DNA of 64,000 bases, taken from NCBI GenBank assembly GCA_018061825.1, contig JAGOTK010000002.1, forward strand, positions 100 through 64,099, read 5' to 3'. This stretch comes from Minisyncoccota bacterium. GTDB taxonomy: Bacteria > Patescibacteriota > Minisyncoccia > Phycocordibacterales > UBA5272. Positions 15,719 to 25,700 of the stretch are shown in pieces; positions within the stretch are counted from its first letter, which is position 1; every line of letters starts with the position of its first letter. The notes beneath the pieces were generated by a model. The model did not search any database. It had not been told where the DNA came from and saw nothing but the letters and a program-made list of their open reading frames with translations. The position numbers and the translations under genes are program-made.

Positions 15719-17482
15719 ATGGTAAAAATTTTTTTTAGAAAAAATAGAAGAAAGAAAAAAAATATAGGTAGTGGTGAAATTAATCCTGAAGATATATTTT
15801 TAGATTCTTCAAATTTAGATGGCTTTGACATGGATAAAATGGAAGGTTCTCTTCATAAACCAATTTCTAGTTTTTATGAAAAATTTCCTTTTTTCTTACT
15901 AATTTTAATTTTTTCAGTATTTACATTTAGACTTTATTCTCTTGAAGTAGATAACTATGATCTTTATAAAAATAGAGCTGATAATAATAGATACAATACT
16001 CACGTTATTTTAGCTAATAGGGGTCAAATATTTGATAGAAATGGAAAGATTTTGGCAAATAATATAGTCTCTTCATCTTCTGAAATTTTAAAAAGACAGT
16101 ATTTAGAAAATTCAGGTATTTCAAATCTTATAGGGTATATAAATTATCCAAAGTCAGACAGTCTTGGTAATTATTGGCAAGATAATTATATAGGTAAAGA
16201 TGGAGTAGAGCAGATCTATCAAGAAATTTTAACTGGAATAAATGGAAAAAAGATCGTAGAGAAAAATGTAAAATCTTCTATTGAAGCAGAAAATATTGTA
16301 ATTGATTCTATACCAGGAGCCAATTTAAATTTAACTATAGATATAGATATACAAAAAAGATTATTTGATTCTATTCAAGAAGTGGTAAATGAGAGAGGTT
16401 ATATATCAGGTACAGGAATAATAATGAATGTAAATAGCGGAGAAGTTTTAGCTATGATTACATTTCCAGAATATGATAATAATCTTTTGTCTAATGCTAC
16501 AGGAACTTTGGAAAATAAGAAAATTTCTAATCTTTTAAAAGATAAAAGAACTCCTTTTTTAAATAGACCTGTATCCGGATTGTTTACTCCAGGGTCAGTG
16601 GTAAAGCCTTTTATGACTTATGCTGCTTTAAATGAAGGTGTGATAACTCCAGAGAAAAATATATTTTCATCTGGAGCATTAATAATAAAAAATCCTTATG
16701 GTGGACCAGACACAGTATTTCGTGATTGGAAAGCTCATGGGTATGTAAATGCGGTAAGAGCTTTAGCTCAATCGTCAGATGAATATTTTTATCAAGTAGG
16801 TGGAGGTTATAAAGATCAACAAGGGTTAGGAATAGAAAGAATAGATATATATGCAAAATTATTTGGATTAGCTGCTACCACAGGTATAGATTTACCAAAT
16901 GAAGCTTCTGGAGTAATACCAACTCCTGAATGGAAAAGAATAAATTTTATTGATGGAGATTGGAAATTGGGAGATACTTATCACACAGCTATAGGGCAAT
17001 ATGGATTTCAAATTACTCCTGTGGAGCTTATAAGATACATAGCTTCTATAGCAAATAATGGAAAATTAGTCACTCCTCATGTGTTTTTATCTGCATCTTC
17101 TTCAAATATGGAATCTTCAAAAAAAACTCTAATTTATTCTTACAATAATAAAGTTTGGCCAATAGTGGATTTACATTTAAATCAAAATAATCTTAAATAT
17201 GTCCAAGAAGGTATGAAAGAAGTAGTCAGAGGCAATGGTACTGTTCCTCAATTAAATTTTCAAGAATTAAAAGTGGCAGCAAAATCAGGAACAGCAGAAA
17301 TAGGTATTATAAAAGGAAAAGTCAATTCTCTTATCACTGGATATTTTCCTTATGATAATCCAAAATATGCTTTCACTGTTATCATGGAAAATGGAAATCT
17401 TGGAGATTCTTCTGGAGCTGTAGCTGCTATAAGACCAGTACTTGAATATATTTCAAAAAATAAAGAAAAATATATAAAATAG
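15719..17482 (+). CDS. mrdA: Penicillin-binding protein 2 (elongasome peptidoglycan D,D-transpeptidase)
   Basis: SxxK (TPGSVVKPF), SxN (SSD) and KSGTA motifs; N-terminal TM; follows the mreBCD block; TAG stop. Confidence 0.8.
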   Translation: MVKIFFRKNRRKKKNIGSGEINPEDIFLDSSNLDGFDMDKMEGSLHKPISSFYEKFPFFLLILIFSVFTFRLYSLEVDNYDLYKNRADNNRYNTHVILANRGQIFDRNGKILANNIVSSSSEILKRQYLENSGISNLIGYINYPKSDSLGNYWQDNYIGKDGVEQIYQEILTGINGKKIVEKNVKSSIEAENIVIDSIPGANLNLTIDIDIQKRLFDSIQEVVNERGYISGTGIIMNVNSGEVLAMITFPEYDNNLLSNATGTLENKKISNLLKDKRTPFLNRPVSGLFTPGSVVKPFMTYAALNEGVITPEKNIFSSGALIIKNPYGGPDTVFRDWKAHGYVNAVRALAQSSDEYFYQVGGGYKDQQGLGIERIDIYAKLFGLAATTGIDLPNEASGVIPTPEWKRINFIDGDWKLGDTYHTAIGQYGFQITPVELIRYIASIANNGKLVTPHVFLSASSSNMESSKKTLIYSYNNKVWPIVDLHLNQNNLKYVQEGMKEVVRGNGTVPQLNFQELKVAAKSGTAEIGIIKGKVNSLITGYFPYDNPKYAFTVIMENGNLGDSSGAVAAIRPVLEYISKNKEKYIK

Positions 17483-17539
17483 TCTTTCTTTTAAAAAGCT
17501 TAAATCTGTGTTATTATTTAGTTATTAATTCACAAATCT

Positions 17540-18013
17540 ATGACAAAAGAAGTAAAAGAATATTTAACAAATGAAAAGAAACATGAGCTTGAAATAGAGC
17601 TCAATAATTTAAAAACAGTAAGAAGAAAAGAAATAGCTAGCTCTATAGAGTGGGCTAAATCTCTAGGTGACTTAGCAGAAAATGCTGAATATTCTCAAGC
17701 TCGTGAAGATCAAGCAAGATGTGAATCAAGAATTTCTGAGCTTGAAAATATTTTACAAAATGCTGTAATAGCAGAAGTTCATCACTCTTCTAATGGTATA
17801 AATGTAGGCTCTGTCGTAGTAGTAAAGAAATTAGACAATAATGAGATAAATACTTTTACTATCGTCGGTTCCGAAGAAGTTGATTTACCTAATGGGAAAA
17901 TTTCAAATGAATCTCCACTTGGAAATGCTCTTTTAGGAAAAAATACAGGAGATAAAGTTTCTTTTATGGCTCCAAAAGGTGAAATTTCTTACAAGATTGA
18001 AAAAATAAATTAA
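17540..18013 (+). CDS. greA: Transcription elongation factor GreA
   Basis: N-terminal coiled coil with the acidic tip …LGDLAENAEY…, C-terminal FKBP-like domain. Confidence 0.85.
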   Translation: MTKEVKEYLTNEKKHELEIELNNLKTVRRKEIASSIEWAKSLGDLAENAEYSQAREDQARCESRISELENILQNAVIAEVHHSSNGINVGSVVVVKKLDNNEINTFTIVGSEEVDLPNGKISNESPLGNALLGKNTGDKVSFMAPKGEISYKIEKIN

Positions 18014-18048
18014 TTTCTTATATTTAATAAATTTTTCATATTTATTTT

Positions 18049-19515
18049 ATGACTTCAATTTTAGAACTTAAAGAAGAAAGATTAAAGAAATTGCAAAAGC
18101 TTAAAGAGGCTGGATTTAATCCATACACTGCACATTCTGATCGTAATACTTCTATAAAAAAGTTTTTAGCAGATTTTGAAAATGAGAATTCAGAAAAAAT
18201 TATTTTAGCTGGAAGAATAATGAGCTCTCGTGGTCAAGGAAATTTAATTTTTTTTGACCTGTTTGATGGTTCTAGTGAATTAAATGAAGAAAGTAAAGTA
18301 CAATCTATAATAAAAAATCCAGAATCAGATAAAGAAGTATTTGATTTTTATAATGACTATTTAGATATAGGAGATTTTGTTGAAGTAGAAGGTGAGAGAT
18401 TTTTAAGTAAATCTGGTCAAAAAAGTTTTTTGATTAAAAAGATAAAAATTTTGACTAAATCTCTTTTACCTCTTCCAGATAAATATCACGGTCTTGAAAA
18501 TGAAGAATTAAAAATGAGATTAAGATACCTTGATATTTTAACAGATAAAGACTTACGAGAATTATTTTATAAAAAAGCAAAATTTTGGAAAGTTATACGT
18601 GAATTTTTAAATGAAAAAGGAATGCTTGAAGTAGAGACTCCTACTCTTGAATCTACTACAGGAGGAGCGGAGGCTAGACCTTTTAAGACTTTTCATAATG
18701 ACTATGATATGGATGTCTATATGCGTATTTGCATTGGTGAATTATGGCAAAAAAGACTAATGGCAGCAGGATATGCTGGTACATATGAGATAGGCAGAGC
18801 CTATAGAAATGAAGGATCGTCTCCAGAACATTTACAAGAATTTACAAATTGTGAATTTTATATGCCTTATTCAGATTATAAAGATGGTATGAGAGTAGTA
18901 AAAGAGCTTTATATAAAGATAGCAAAAGAAGTATTCGGTAAAACAAAATTTGAAATGAAAGGTTTTGAATTTGATCTTGATAACGAATGGCCAGAAATAG
19001 ATTATGCAGATGAAATAAAAAAGCAAACAAGTATTGATATTTGGAATAGTTCTGACGAAGAAATTAAGAAAAGATTACAAGAATTGGAGGTGAGATATGA
19101 AGGAAACAACAGAGAAAGATTACTAGATACTCTTTGGAAATATTGTAGAAAAAATATTGCAGGTCCAGCATTTGTTATCAATCCTCCACTTATAATTGTT
19201 CCACTTGCAAAGCCAAATGAAGATGGTAAGACAGCTCAAAGATTTCAACCTATACTTGCAGGAAGTGAAATTGGAAATGGATATTCAGAATTAAATAATC
19301 CAATTCTTCAAAAAGAGAATTTTGAAAAACAGAAAGAATTACTTGATGCAGGAGATGAAGAAGCCATGATGCCAGATTATGAATTTGTAGAAATGCTTGA
19401 GCATGGCATGCCTCCAACTTGTGGATTTGGATTTGGTGATAGATTATTTTCATTTTTGGCTGGATTACCACTTAGAGAAACTGTAATGTTTCCACTTGTA
19501 AAAGAAAAGAAATAG
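18049..19515 (+). CDS. lysS: Lysyl-tRNA synthetase, class II
   Basis: OB anticodon-binding N-domain; class II motifs (…FRNEG…, GxGxGxDR at the C-terminus: GFGFGDRLF); TAG stop. Confidence 0.85.
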   Translation: MTSILELKEERLKKLQKLKEAGFNPYTAHSDRNTSIKKFLADFENENSEKIILAGRIMSSRGQGNLIFFDLFDGSSELNEESKVQSIIKNPESDKEVFDFYNDYLDIGDFVEVEGERFLSKSGQKSFLIKKIKILTKSLLPLPDKYHGLENEELKMRLRYLDILTDKDLRELFYKKAKFWKVIREFLNEKGMLEVETPTLESTTGGAEARPFKTFHNDYDMDVYMRICIGELWQKRLMAAGYAGTYEIGRAYRNEGSSPEHLQEFTNCEFYMPYSDYKDGMRVVKELYIKIAKEVFGKTKFEMKGFEFDLDNEWPEIDYADEIKKQTSIDIWNSSDEEIKKRLQELEVRYEGNNRERLLDTLWKYCRKNIAGPAFVINPPLIIVPLAKPNEDGKTAQRFQPILAGSEIGNGYSELNNPILQKENFEKQKELLDAGDEEAMMPDYEFVEMLEHGMPPTCGFGFGDRLFSFLAGLPLRETVMFPLVKEKK

Positions 19516-19574
19516 TATTAAATTATAAAACCTCTTGCTCGTAAAGGATTTTATTTGACTAAATTTCATTTTTA

Positions 19575-20078
19575 GTGTATTATTTTATTTGTATTGTACT
19601 TTTTATATTAACCCAAAAAATATTTTTAATGAAAAATTATTCTTTTTATGGATTTTTTATAAACAGAAATGAAGATTATAAAAAAATCAAAATTGAAGGA
19701 GAATTTAACACTCTTTCAAAAAATGGATTTACAGTTGATAATGACCTAATCTTAGCAAGTATCATTTTCACAAAAGACAAAATTTTAAACTGTAGAGTGT
19801 CTAGTAATATTTTACATTTAAAAGATGAAGCTGTGAATTTTGTTTTTGATAGACAGGATCATTGTTTTGTTGCGGAGGTCTTTGTTAAAAATAATGCTAG
19901 AATCTTTTTATCAGAAGTAAAAAAAGAAGATAATTTGATTGATAAAAATTCTACATCAAAAACGGAAATAGGTGTAATGATTTTGTATGTGCATGATAAA
20001 GATATACAAAATTATGAGCATGTTAAAGATAAATTATTTCTTTTAACAAGAACCACAAGAGATACTGTATTTTCTTGA
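19575..20078 (+). CDS. Hypothetical protein (167 aa)
   Basis: ORF only. Confidence 0.35.
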   Translation: MYYFICIVLFILTQKIFLMKNYSFYGFFINRNEDYKKIKIEGEFNTLSKNGFTVDNDLILASIIFTKDKILNCRVSSNILHLKDEAVNFVFDRQDHCFVAEVFVKNNARIFLSEVKKEDNLIDKNSTSKTEIGVMILYVHDKDIQNYEHVKDKLFLLTRTTRDTVFS

Positions 20079-20141
20079 GATTTTAAAAGCAACCTTTATG
20101 AGGTTGTTTTTTCTTTTCCACAGCCTTTAGACTGTTTTTTC

Positions 20142-20193
20142 TTGTCACAAAATTTCAAGTGGTATATAATGGGATTAGGTGGGATATTGTGGG
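20142..20193 (+). promoter_or_regulatory. dcw-cluster promoter (TTGTCA-17-TATAAT) overlapped by an array of 10-bp-phased GTGGG-type MraZ boxes
   Basis: -35 at 20142-20147, -10 at 20165-20170; GTGGT 20159, ATGGG 20169, GTGGG 20179, GTGGG 20189 at exact 10-bp periodicity. Confidence 0.55.
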
Positions 20194-20219
20194 AGATATC
20201 AATACACCGATAATTTACT

Positions 20220-20654
20220 ATGCTTATAGGTCATTATATACATCAGCTTGATGATAAAAAAAGAATTTCTATTCCTGCAAAATGGAGAGCTATTCTTGGA
20301 AAAAAGATTGTTATTACTAGCGGTCTTGATAAATCACTCTTTGTATATAGTGCTAAAGAATGGCAAAAAATAGCAGATAAACTTTCTGAATTATCTTTTA
20401 CAAATAAAGATGCTAGAAGCTTTACTCGTTTTATGCTCTCGAATGCTTTCGAAGGAGATCTTGATTCTGTGGGAAGAATTTTGATCACAGATAGTTTAAG
20501 AAATTTTGCAGATATTAAAAAGAAAGCAGTGCTTGTTGGAATGCATTCAAGAGTAGAAATATGGGGTGAAGAAGAATGGGAAAAATATTCTAAAGAAAAT
20601 AACAGAAGTGCTGATGTCATAGCATCTAAACTTTCAGATATAGGGGTTTTTTAA
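20220..20654 (+). CDS. mraZ: Transcriptional regulator MraZ
   Basis: Tandem-duplicated MraZ fold, DxxxR-containing halves (LDDKKRISIP… / LDSVGRILI…); first gene of the dcw cluster. Confidence 0.8.
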   Translation: MLIGHYIHQLDDKKRISIPAKWRAILGKKIVITSGLDKSLFVYSAKEWQKIADKLSELSFTNKDARSFTRFMLSNAFEGDLDSVGRILITDSLRNFADIKKKAVLVGMHSRVEIWGEEEWEKYSKENNRSADVIASKLSDIGVF

Positions 20655-20663
20655 ATAAATATT

Positions 20664-21575
20664 ATGCATATCCCTGTATTATTAAAAGAAAGTATTGATA
20701 ATTTGAATCTTAAAGAAAAAGATATAGTTGTCGACGCTACAGTTAATAGAGGAGGCCATTCTTTGTCTATAGCTAAAAAAATTGGTAAAGGTGGGACTCT
20801 GATATGTATAGATCTTGATGAAGAGGCATTGAAAGAAGCTGAAAAATTTTTAGATAAAAATTTAAATTCTAAGAATAGGCCAAATATTTTTTTTATTAAT
20901 AATAATTTTAGAAATCTCAAAAAGATTTTAGAAGATTTGAAAATAAACAAAATAGATGCTTTGATAGCAGATCTTGGAGTTTCTTCACAAGAAATAGATA
21001 TTTCAGGTAGAGGCTTTTCATTTCAAAGAGATGAGCCACTTCTTATGACACTTAAAGATAAAATAGAAAAAGATGATCTTACTGCGAAATATATAGTAAA
21101 CAATTGGCAAGAAGAGACATTGGCTGACATAATTTATTATTATAGCGATGAGAGATATGCTAAAAGAATAGCTAGAAATATTGTCGAAGAAAGAAAGAGT
21201 CAGGAAATAAAAACAACTTTTGATTTGATTGATTTGATTTCTATGTCTGTACCAAACAATTACAAATATGGAAAGATTCATTTTGCGACAAAAACTTTTC
21301 AAGCAATTCGCATAGCAACAAATGATGAAATTGGGGCAGAAGGAGATCTTCTTTCAAGTTTAAAAGATGTCTTAAAAGAAAATTCAAGAGCTAGCATCAT
21401 AACTTTTCATTCTGGAGAAGATAGAGTTTTAAAAAATTTTATAAAAGATAATAAAGAAATATTAAAGTTGGTCAAATTTGAAAATAATAAAGTCTTTTTA
21501 GAACCAACAAGAGAAGAGATAAAAGATAATGTGAGATCAAGAAGTGCAAAATTGAGAATAATAGAAAAAAAATAA
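20664..21575 (+). CDS. rsmH: 16S rRNA (cytosine1402-N4)-methyltransferase RsmH/MraW
   Basis: MHIPVLLKE…DATVNRGGHS…DLGVSS motifs. Confidence 0.85.
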   Translation: MHIPVLLKESIDNLNLKEKDIVVDATVNRGGHSLSIAKKIGKGGTLICIDLDEEALKEAEKFLDKNLNSKNRPNIFFINNNFRNLKKILEDLKINKIDALIADLGVSSQEIDISGRGFSFQRDEPLLMTLKDKIEKDDLTAKYIVNNWQEETLADIIYYYSDERYAKRIARNIVEERKSQEIKTTFDLIDLISMSVPNNYKYGKIHFATKTFQAIRIATNDEIGAEGDLLSSLKDVLKENSRASIITFHSGEDRVLKNFIKDNKEILKLVKFENNKVFLEPTREEIKDNVRSRSAKLRIIEKK

Positions 21576-21577
21576 AT

Positions 21578-21979
21578 ATGCAAATAGCTTCATCACAAAT
21601 AAATAAAGAAAGATTAAATGGTAATAAGCTTTTTTTACATAATTTTAAAGATTTTTCTACAAGTAGTCCAAAGCTTTCTCTTAAAATGCATATAATTCAC
21701 GCTCTTTTATTTATTTTAATTATCCTTTCAGTTTTATATATTTTAACTGTAATATTTATAGTCTTTAATATTATAAATAAAAAAGAGTCTTTAGCAGAAA
21801 TAAATAAGACAAATTTTGCTATAGCTAAAGTAAATAAAGCTTATAGTTCATCAGTTTCTGGTCTTACAAAAGATTATGCGATTAAAAATGGCTATGTAGA
21901 AAGTACAGATAGTTATTTTGTTTCAAGAAAAGACGCTGCAGCAAATCTTTCATTTTTATACGAAAAAAGATCTAATTAG
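21578..21979 (+). CDS. ftsL: Small bitopic membrane protein in the FtsL position
   Basis: Synteny (rsmH-ftsL-ftsI) and single TM; no sequence-level proof. Confidence 0.3.
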   Translation: MQIASSQINKERLNGNKLFLHNFKDFSTSSPKLSLKMHIIHALLFILIILSVLYILTVIFIVFNIINKKESLAEINKTNFAIAKVNKAYSSSVSGLTKDYAIKNGYVESTDSYFVSRKDAAANLSFLYEKRSN

Positions 21980-22003
21980 TTTGTTTTATATTATAATAAG
22001 ACA

Positions 22004-23848
22004 ATGGAAAATTCAAAAGGCAGAACAAATTTTTTAATATTCTTAATATTTTTTATTTTTGCTTTAATTTTATTAAGGCTTTTTTATTTACAGATTTTAC
22101 ACGGAAAAGAATATAAACAAAAAGGTGAAGATCAATATTTTTTTACAACAGGAGATAATTTTAATCGTGGTGCTATAAATTTTACAGATAAAAATGGAAA
22201 TTTTATAACAGCAGTACAAATGACAAATGAATACGATATTGCTGTTGATCCAAAGACAGTGTATTCTAGTTTTGATTCTAAAATTAAAAATGGTAAAGAT
22301 TTATTATCTTTACAAAAAGGTATTTTTACTGATTTATCTGAAGCTTTTAGTAAAAATAACGGAATAATACTTTCGTCAAATTTGTCAGCCACTACGACAT
22401 CTACTTCAAGCAAAATAAGTACTTTGATAGACTTAAATACTTTTCTTTTAAAGCTTAATAAAAAAGATTCTTCATTTGAAATCATAGCAACTAATGTAAA
22501 TGAAGATATTGCAAATAGTATTTTGACATTAAAAATAAGAGGTGTGATAGTAAATAGAAAAAAAAGTAGAGTCTATTTTGAAAAAGAGATAGGCTCTAAA
22601 GTTTTAGGATTTGTTGGCTTTACTGATATTAAAAAGACAGGTTTATACGGTATAGAAAAATATTACAATGATGTTTTACAAAAAGAAGTTAATACAAATT
22701 CTAATTTTTTTGCTGAAGTCTTTTCTGATTTAAGCTCTGAAGCCAAAAGTAATTTAGGTTCTTATAAAAATAAAATTGGAAATACAGAAGGTGATATAAA
22801 TCTAACAATAGACATTAATGTTGAAAAAAATTTGCATAAAGTATTATCAGAGACAAAAGAAAAGTGGAATTCTGATAAAATAGGTGGAATAATTATGGAT
22901 ATAAATGATGGGTCAATAGTAGGAATGGATGAGCTACCTTCTTTTGATCCAAATGATTATAAAAGTGTATCAGATATCTCTTATTATAATAATGATTTAG
23001 TGTCTGGAGTTTATGAGATGGGATCTATTATAAAGCCTCTCACTGTGGCTGCAGCTTTTGATTCAAATACAATCAATGAAAAAACTACTTATTATGATGC
23101 TGGCACTTTAATTTTGAATGGATTAAAGGTCTCAAATTTTGATAAAGTAGCTAGAGGTGCAAATACTCCGATTCAGCAAATACTTTCTCAATCTTTAAAT
23201 GTGGGTACTGCCTATCTTGTTCAAAAGATGGGAGGGGAAACTTTGAGTCAATATTTCCGTAAATTTGGATTGGGTGAATATACTGGTATTGATTTACCAA
23301 ATGAAGCATCAGGCTTAACTGGTAATCTTGATACGCACATATTAGTTGACTCTGTGACCGCAGGATTTGGCCAAGGTATAGCGATAACACCTATACAGAC
23401 AATTCGTGCTCTGGCTGCTCTAGGCAACGGTGGAGAGCTTGTGACACCTCATGTAGTTAAGAGTATAAGCTACGACGACGGCACAATTAAACAAATCGCG
23501 CTAGATGATCCAATACAAGTTTTTGATAATGCTTCTACAAGTCAAAAAGTGAGCAACATGCTTATAAAAGTTGTTGATGAAGGTATGCATGCAAAGAATC
23601 CAAAATATACAATTGCCGCAAAGACAGGTACTGCTCAAATGGTAAATCCAGCAAATGGAACATATTATGACGACAGATATCTACACTCTTTTTTTGGATA
23701 TTTTCCAGCTACAAAACCTAGATATATAGTATTTCTTTATCAGACATATCCAAAAGGAGCTCAATATGCTTCACAAACTCTTAAAGATTCATTTTTTAAT
23801 TTGGTTGACTTTCTTATTAATTATTATGAAATACCTCCAGATAGATAA
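22004..23848 (+). CDS. ftsI: Penicillin-binding protein FtsI-like (divisome D,D-transpeptidase)
   Basis: N-terminal TM, SxxK (GSIIKPL), KTGTAQ; dcw synteny. Confidence 0.75.
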   Translation: MENSKGRTNFLIFLIFFIFALILLRLFYLQILHGKEYKQKGEDQYFFTTGDNFNRGAINFTDKNGNFITAVQMTNEYDIAVDPKTVYSSFDSKIKNGKDLLSLQKGIFTDLSEAFSKNNGIILSSNLSATTTSTSSKISTLIDLNTFLLKLNKKDSSFEIIATNVNEDIANSILTLKIRGVIVNRKKSRVYFEKEIGSKVLGFVGFTDIKKTGLYGIEKYYNDVLQKEVNTNSNFFAEVFSDLSSEAKSNLGSYKNKIGNTEGDINLTIDINVEKNLHKVLSETKEKWNSDKIGGIIMDINDGSIVGMDELPSFDPNDYKSVSDISYYNNDLVSGVYEMGSIIKPLTVAAAFDSNTINEKTTYYDAGTLILNGLKVSNFDKVARGANTPIQQILSQSLNVGTAYLVQKMGGETLSQYFRKFGLGEYTGIDLPNEASGLTGNLDTHILVDSVTAGFGQGIAITPIQTIRALAALGNGGELVTPHVVKSISYDDGTIKQIALDDPIQVFDNASTSQKVSNMLIKVVDEGMHAKNPKYTIAAKTGTAQMVNPANGTYYDDRYLHSFFGYFPATKPRYIVFLYQTYPKGAQYASQTLKDSFFNLVDFLINYYEIPPDR

Positions 23849-23896
23849 TCTGGTTTCGATTTTATTTATATGGTATAATTTTTTATAATAATAAAA

Positions 23897-24649
23897 TTGA
23901 AAATTATGTCACACATCGTCACACATTCTAATGGGTCTAAAAATAAAAAAAGTTCAAATGGTTCAATTGTCATAATAGTATCTTTACTTTCTGTCGTAGC
24001 ACTTTTATTTGGATTAAATTATTTTTTTAGTAAACAAAATAAAAATAATACAGAGTCTGTCACAAAAGTAATAGATAATAGATATACTATCGGTGATCAG
24101 AATGCAAAAATAAAATTAGTAGAGTATGCGGATTTTCAATGTCCTGCTTGTGCTGTATTTTCATCAGTTTTTCCAGAAGTTTTTAATTATATAAATGAAA
24201 AGTACGGATCTACTACTTTATCTTTGACCTATAAATATTTTCCTTTGATCACTATACATAAAAATGCTCTTCTTTCTGCTTATTCTGTAGAAGCAGCAAA
24301 AGAACAAGGAAAATTTTGGGAGATGCATGATATTTTATTTGAAAAACAATCAGAATGGAGTGAAGCATTAGACGCTAAAGCAAAAATAGAAGAATATGCA
24401 AAAGAATTAGGACTTGATATCTCTAAATTTATCACAGACAGGGACAGTGATATTGTAAAAGATACAGTAAATAGAGCATTGATAGAGGCTACAAGGCTTG
24501 AGCTAAATCATACTCCTACTATATTTATGAATGGTGAAGAGATCAAAAATATGTCTCTCTCAGCTAAAGATATAGAAAAGATAATAGAAGATAAATTAAA
24601 TGGTTCATCTTTTAGCTCATCTGTGCCTACAACCTTATTAAATGATTAA
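23897..24649 (+). CDS. DsbA-family thiol:disulfide oxidoreductase (CPAC active site) with N-terminal TM anchor
   Basis: FQCPACAVF thioredoxin-fold CxxC. Confidence 0.7.
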   Translation: MKIMSHIVTHSNGSKNKKSSNGSIVIIVSLLSVVALLFGLNYFFSKQNKNNTESVTKVIDNRYTIGDQNAKIKLVEYADFQCPACAVFSSVFPEVFNYINEKYGSTTLSLTYKYFPLITIHKNALLSAYSVEAAKEQGKFWEMHDILFEKQSEWSEALDAKAKIEEYAKELGLDISKFITDRDSDIVKDTVNRALIEATRLELNHTPTIFMNGEEIKNMSLSAKDIEKIIEDKLNGSSFSSSVPTTLLND

Positions 24650-24666
24650 AATATTAAAATAAAAAT

Positions 24667-24924
24667 ATGGGAATAAAAGATTTTTTTACAAAACAAGCTA
24701 CAAAGTATGCTACAAGAAATCTTCCTGAAGATCAAAAGGAAATGATTCAAAAGTTAGTAGAAGTAGATCCAAAGCTTTTTGAAAAAATAGCAAAAGAGAC
24801 TCAAGAGTTAGTAAAAGCTGGAAAGCCTGAAATGTATGCTTCTTTTGAAATTATGAAAAAATATCAATCAGAACTTCAAGAAGTTGCTGCAAAAGCAGGA
24901 CTTCAAAATACTATACAAAGATAA
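24667..24924 (+). CDS. Hypothetical small protein (85 aa)
   Basis: ORF followed by a strong bidirectional terminator. Confidence 0.35.
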   Translation: MGIKDFFTKQATKYATRNLPEDQKEMIQKLVEVDPKLFEKIAKETQELVKAGKPEMYASFEIMKKYQSELQEVAAKAGLQNTIQR

Positions 24925-24949
24925 AAATAAAAATAAATTATATTAAATA

Positions 24950-24984
24950 AAAAGCGCTTATTTTTAATAAGCGCTTTTTATTAT
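24950..24984. terminator. Bidirectional terminator hairpin (aaaagcgcttat/ataagcgctttt) between convergent genes
   Basis: Perfect inverted repeat flanked by A-run and T-run. Confidence 0.6.
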
Positions 24985-24995
24985 TTTAAGATTAT

Positions 24996-25574
24996 TTAAA
25001 TATTTTCTATCAACATATCTCTCAGTTCTTCTAATTTTACTTTTTTTGTTGAAGAAAAAGAGAAAATAGGATAATCAATTCCAATTACTTTTTTTATTTT
25101 ATTTAAATTATTTTGTTTTTCACTCTGTGTGGCTTTATCTATTTTATTTATTAATACAAATATATTTTTATTATTTTTTTTCAATTCTTCAAACATTATA
25201 ATATCATTTTCTGTTATTCCAACTTTAGCATCAAGAATTAAGACTACTTTATTTTGCTCTATATTTGATTTAAATAAATACTCTGTTATATAACCAAAAA
25301 GTTTATAACGAGCCTCTAAAGACACTCTCGCATAGCCATATCCAGGTAAATCTACAAAGTAAAAACTTTTATTAATAAGGAAAAAATTTATATTTTGAGT
25401 TCTTCCAGCTGTAGAACTAGATCTGACCAGTTTATTATTTCCAGTCAATGCGTTAATAAGAGTACTTTTACCTACATTTGAGCGACCAATAAAAGCTATT
25501 TGAGGTAAACCGTCATTTATTATGTTGTTTTTATTTGTGGCAGACTTTATAAAAGTCGCAGAGGTTATTTTCAT
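24996..25574 (-). CDS. engB: Ribosome biogenesis GTPase EngB/YihA/YsxC
   Basis: G1 GRSNVGKSTLINAL, G3 DLPGYGY, G4 NKIDK. Confidence 0.85.
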   Translation of the reverse strand: MKITSATFIKSATNKNNIINDGLPQIAFIGRSNVGKSTLINALTGNNKLVRSSSTAGRTQNINFFLINKSFYFVDLPGYGYARVSLEARYKLFGYITEYLFKSNIEQNKVVLILDAKVGITENDIIMFEELKKNNKNIFVLINKIDKATQSEKQNNLNKIKKVIGIDYPIFSFSSTKKVKLEELRDMLIENI

Positions 25575-25700
25575 AAAGATAATTATATATGATATTTAGT
25601 ATACAATACTTTTTATAAATAGTAAATATTATATTATTTTAAATTTTAGATGCAATTTAATTTATTTTCTGTTATATTTATTTAATAAAATAATTTAATT

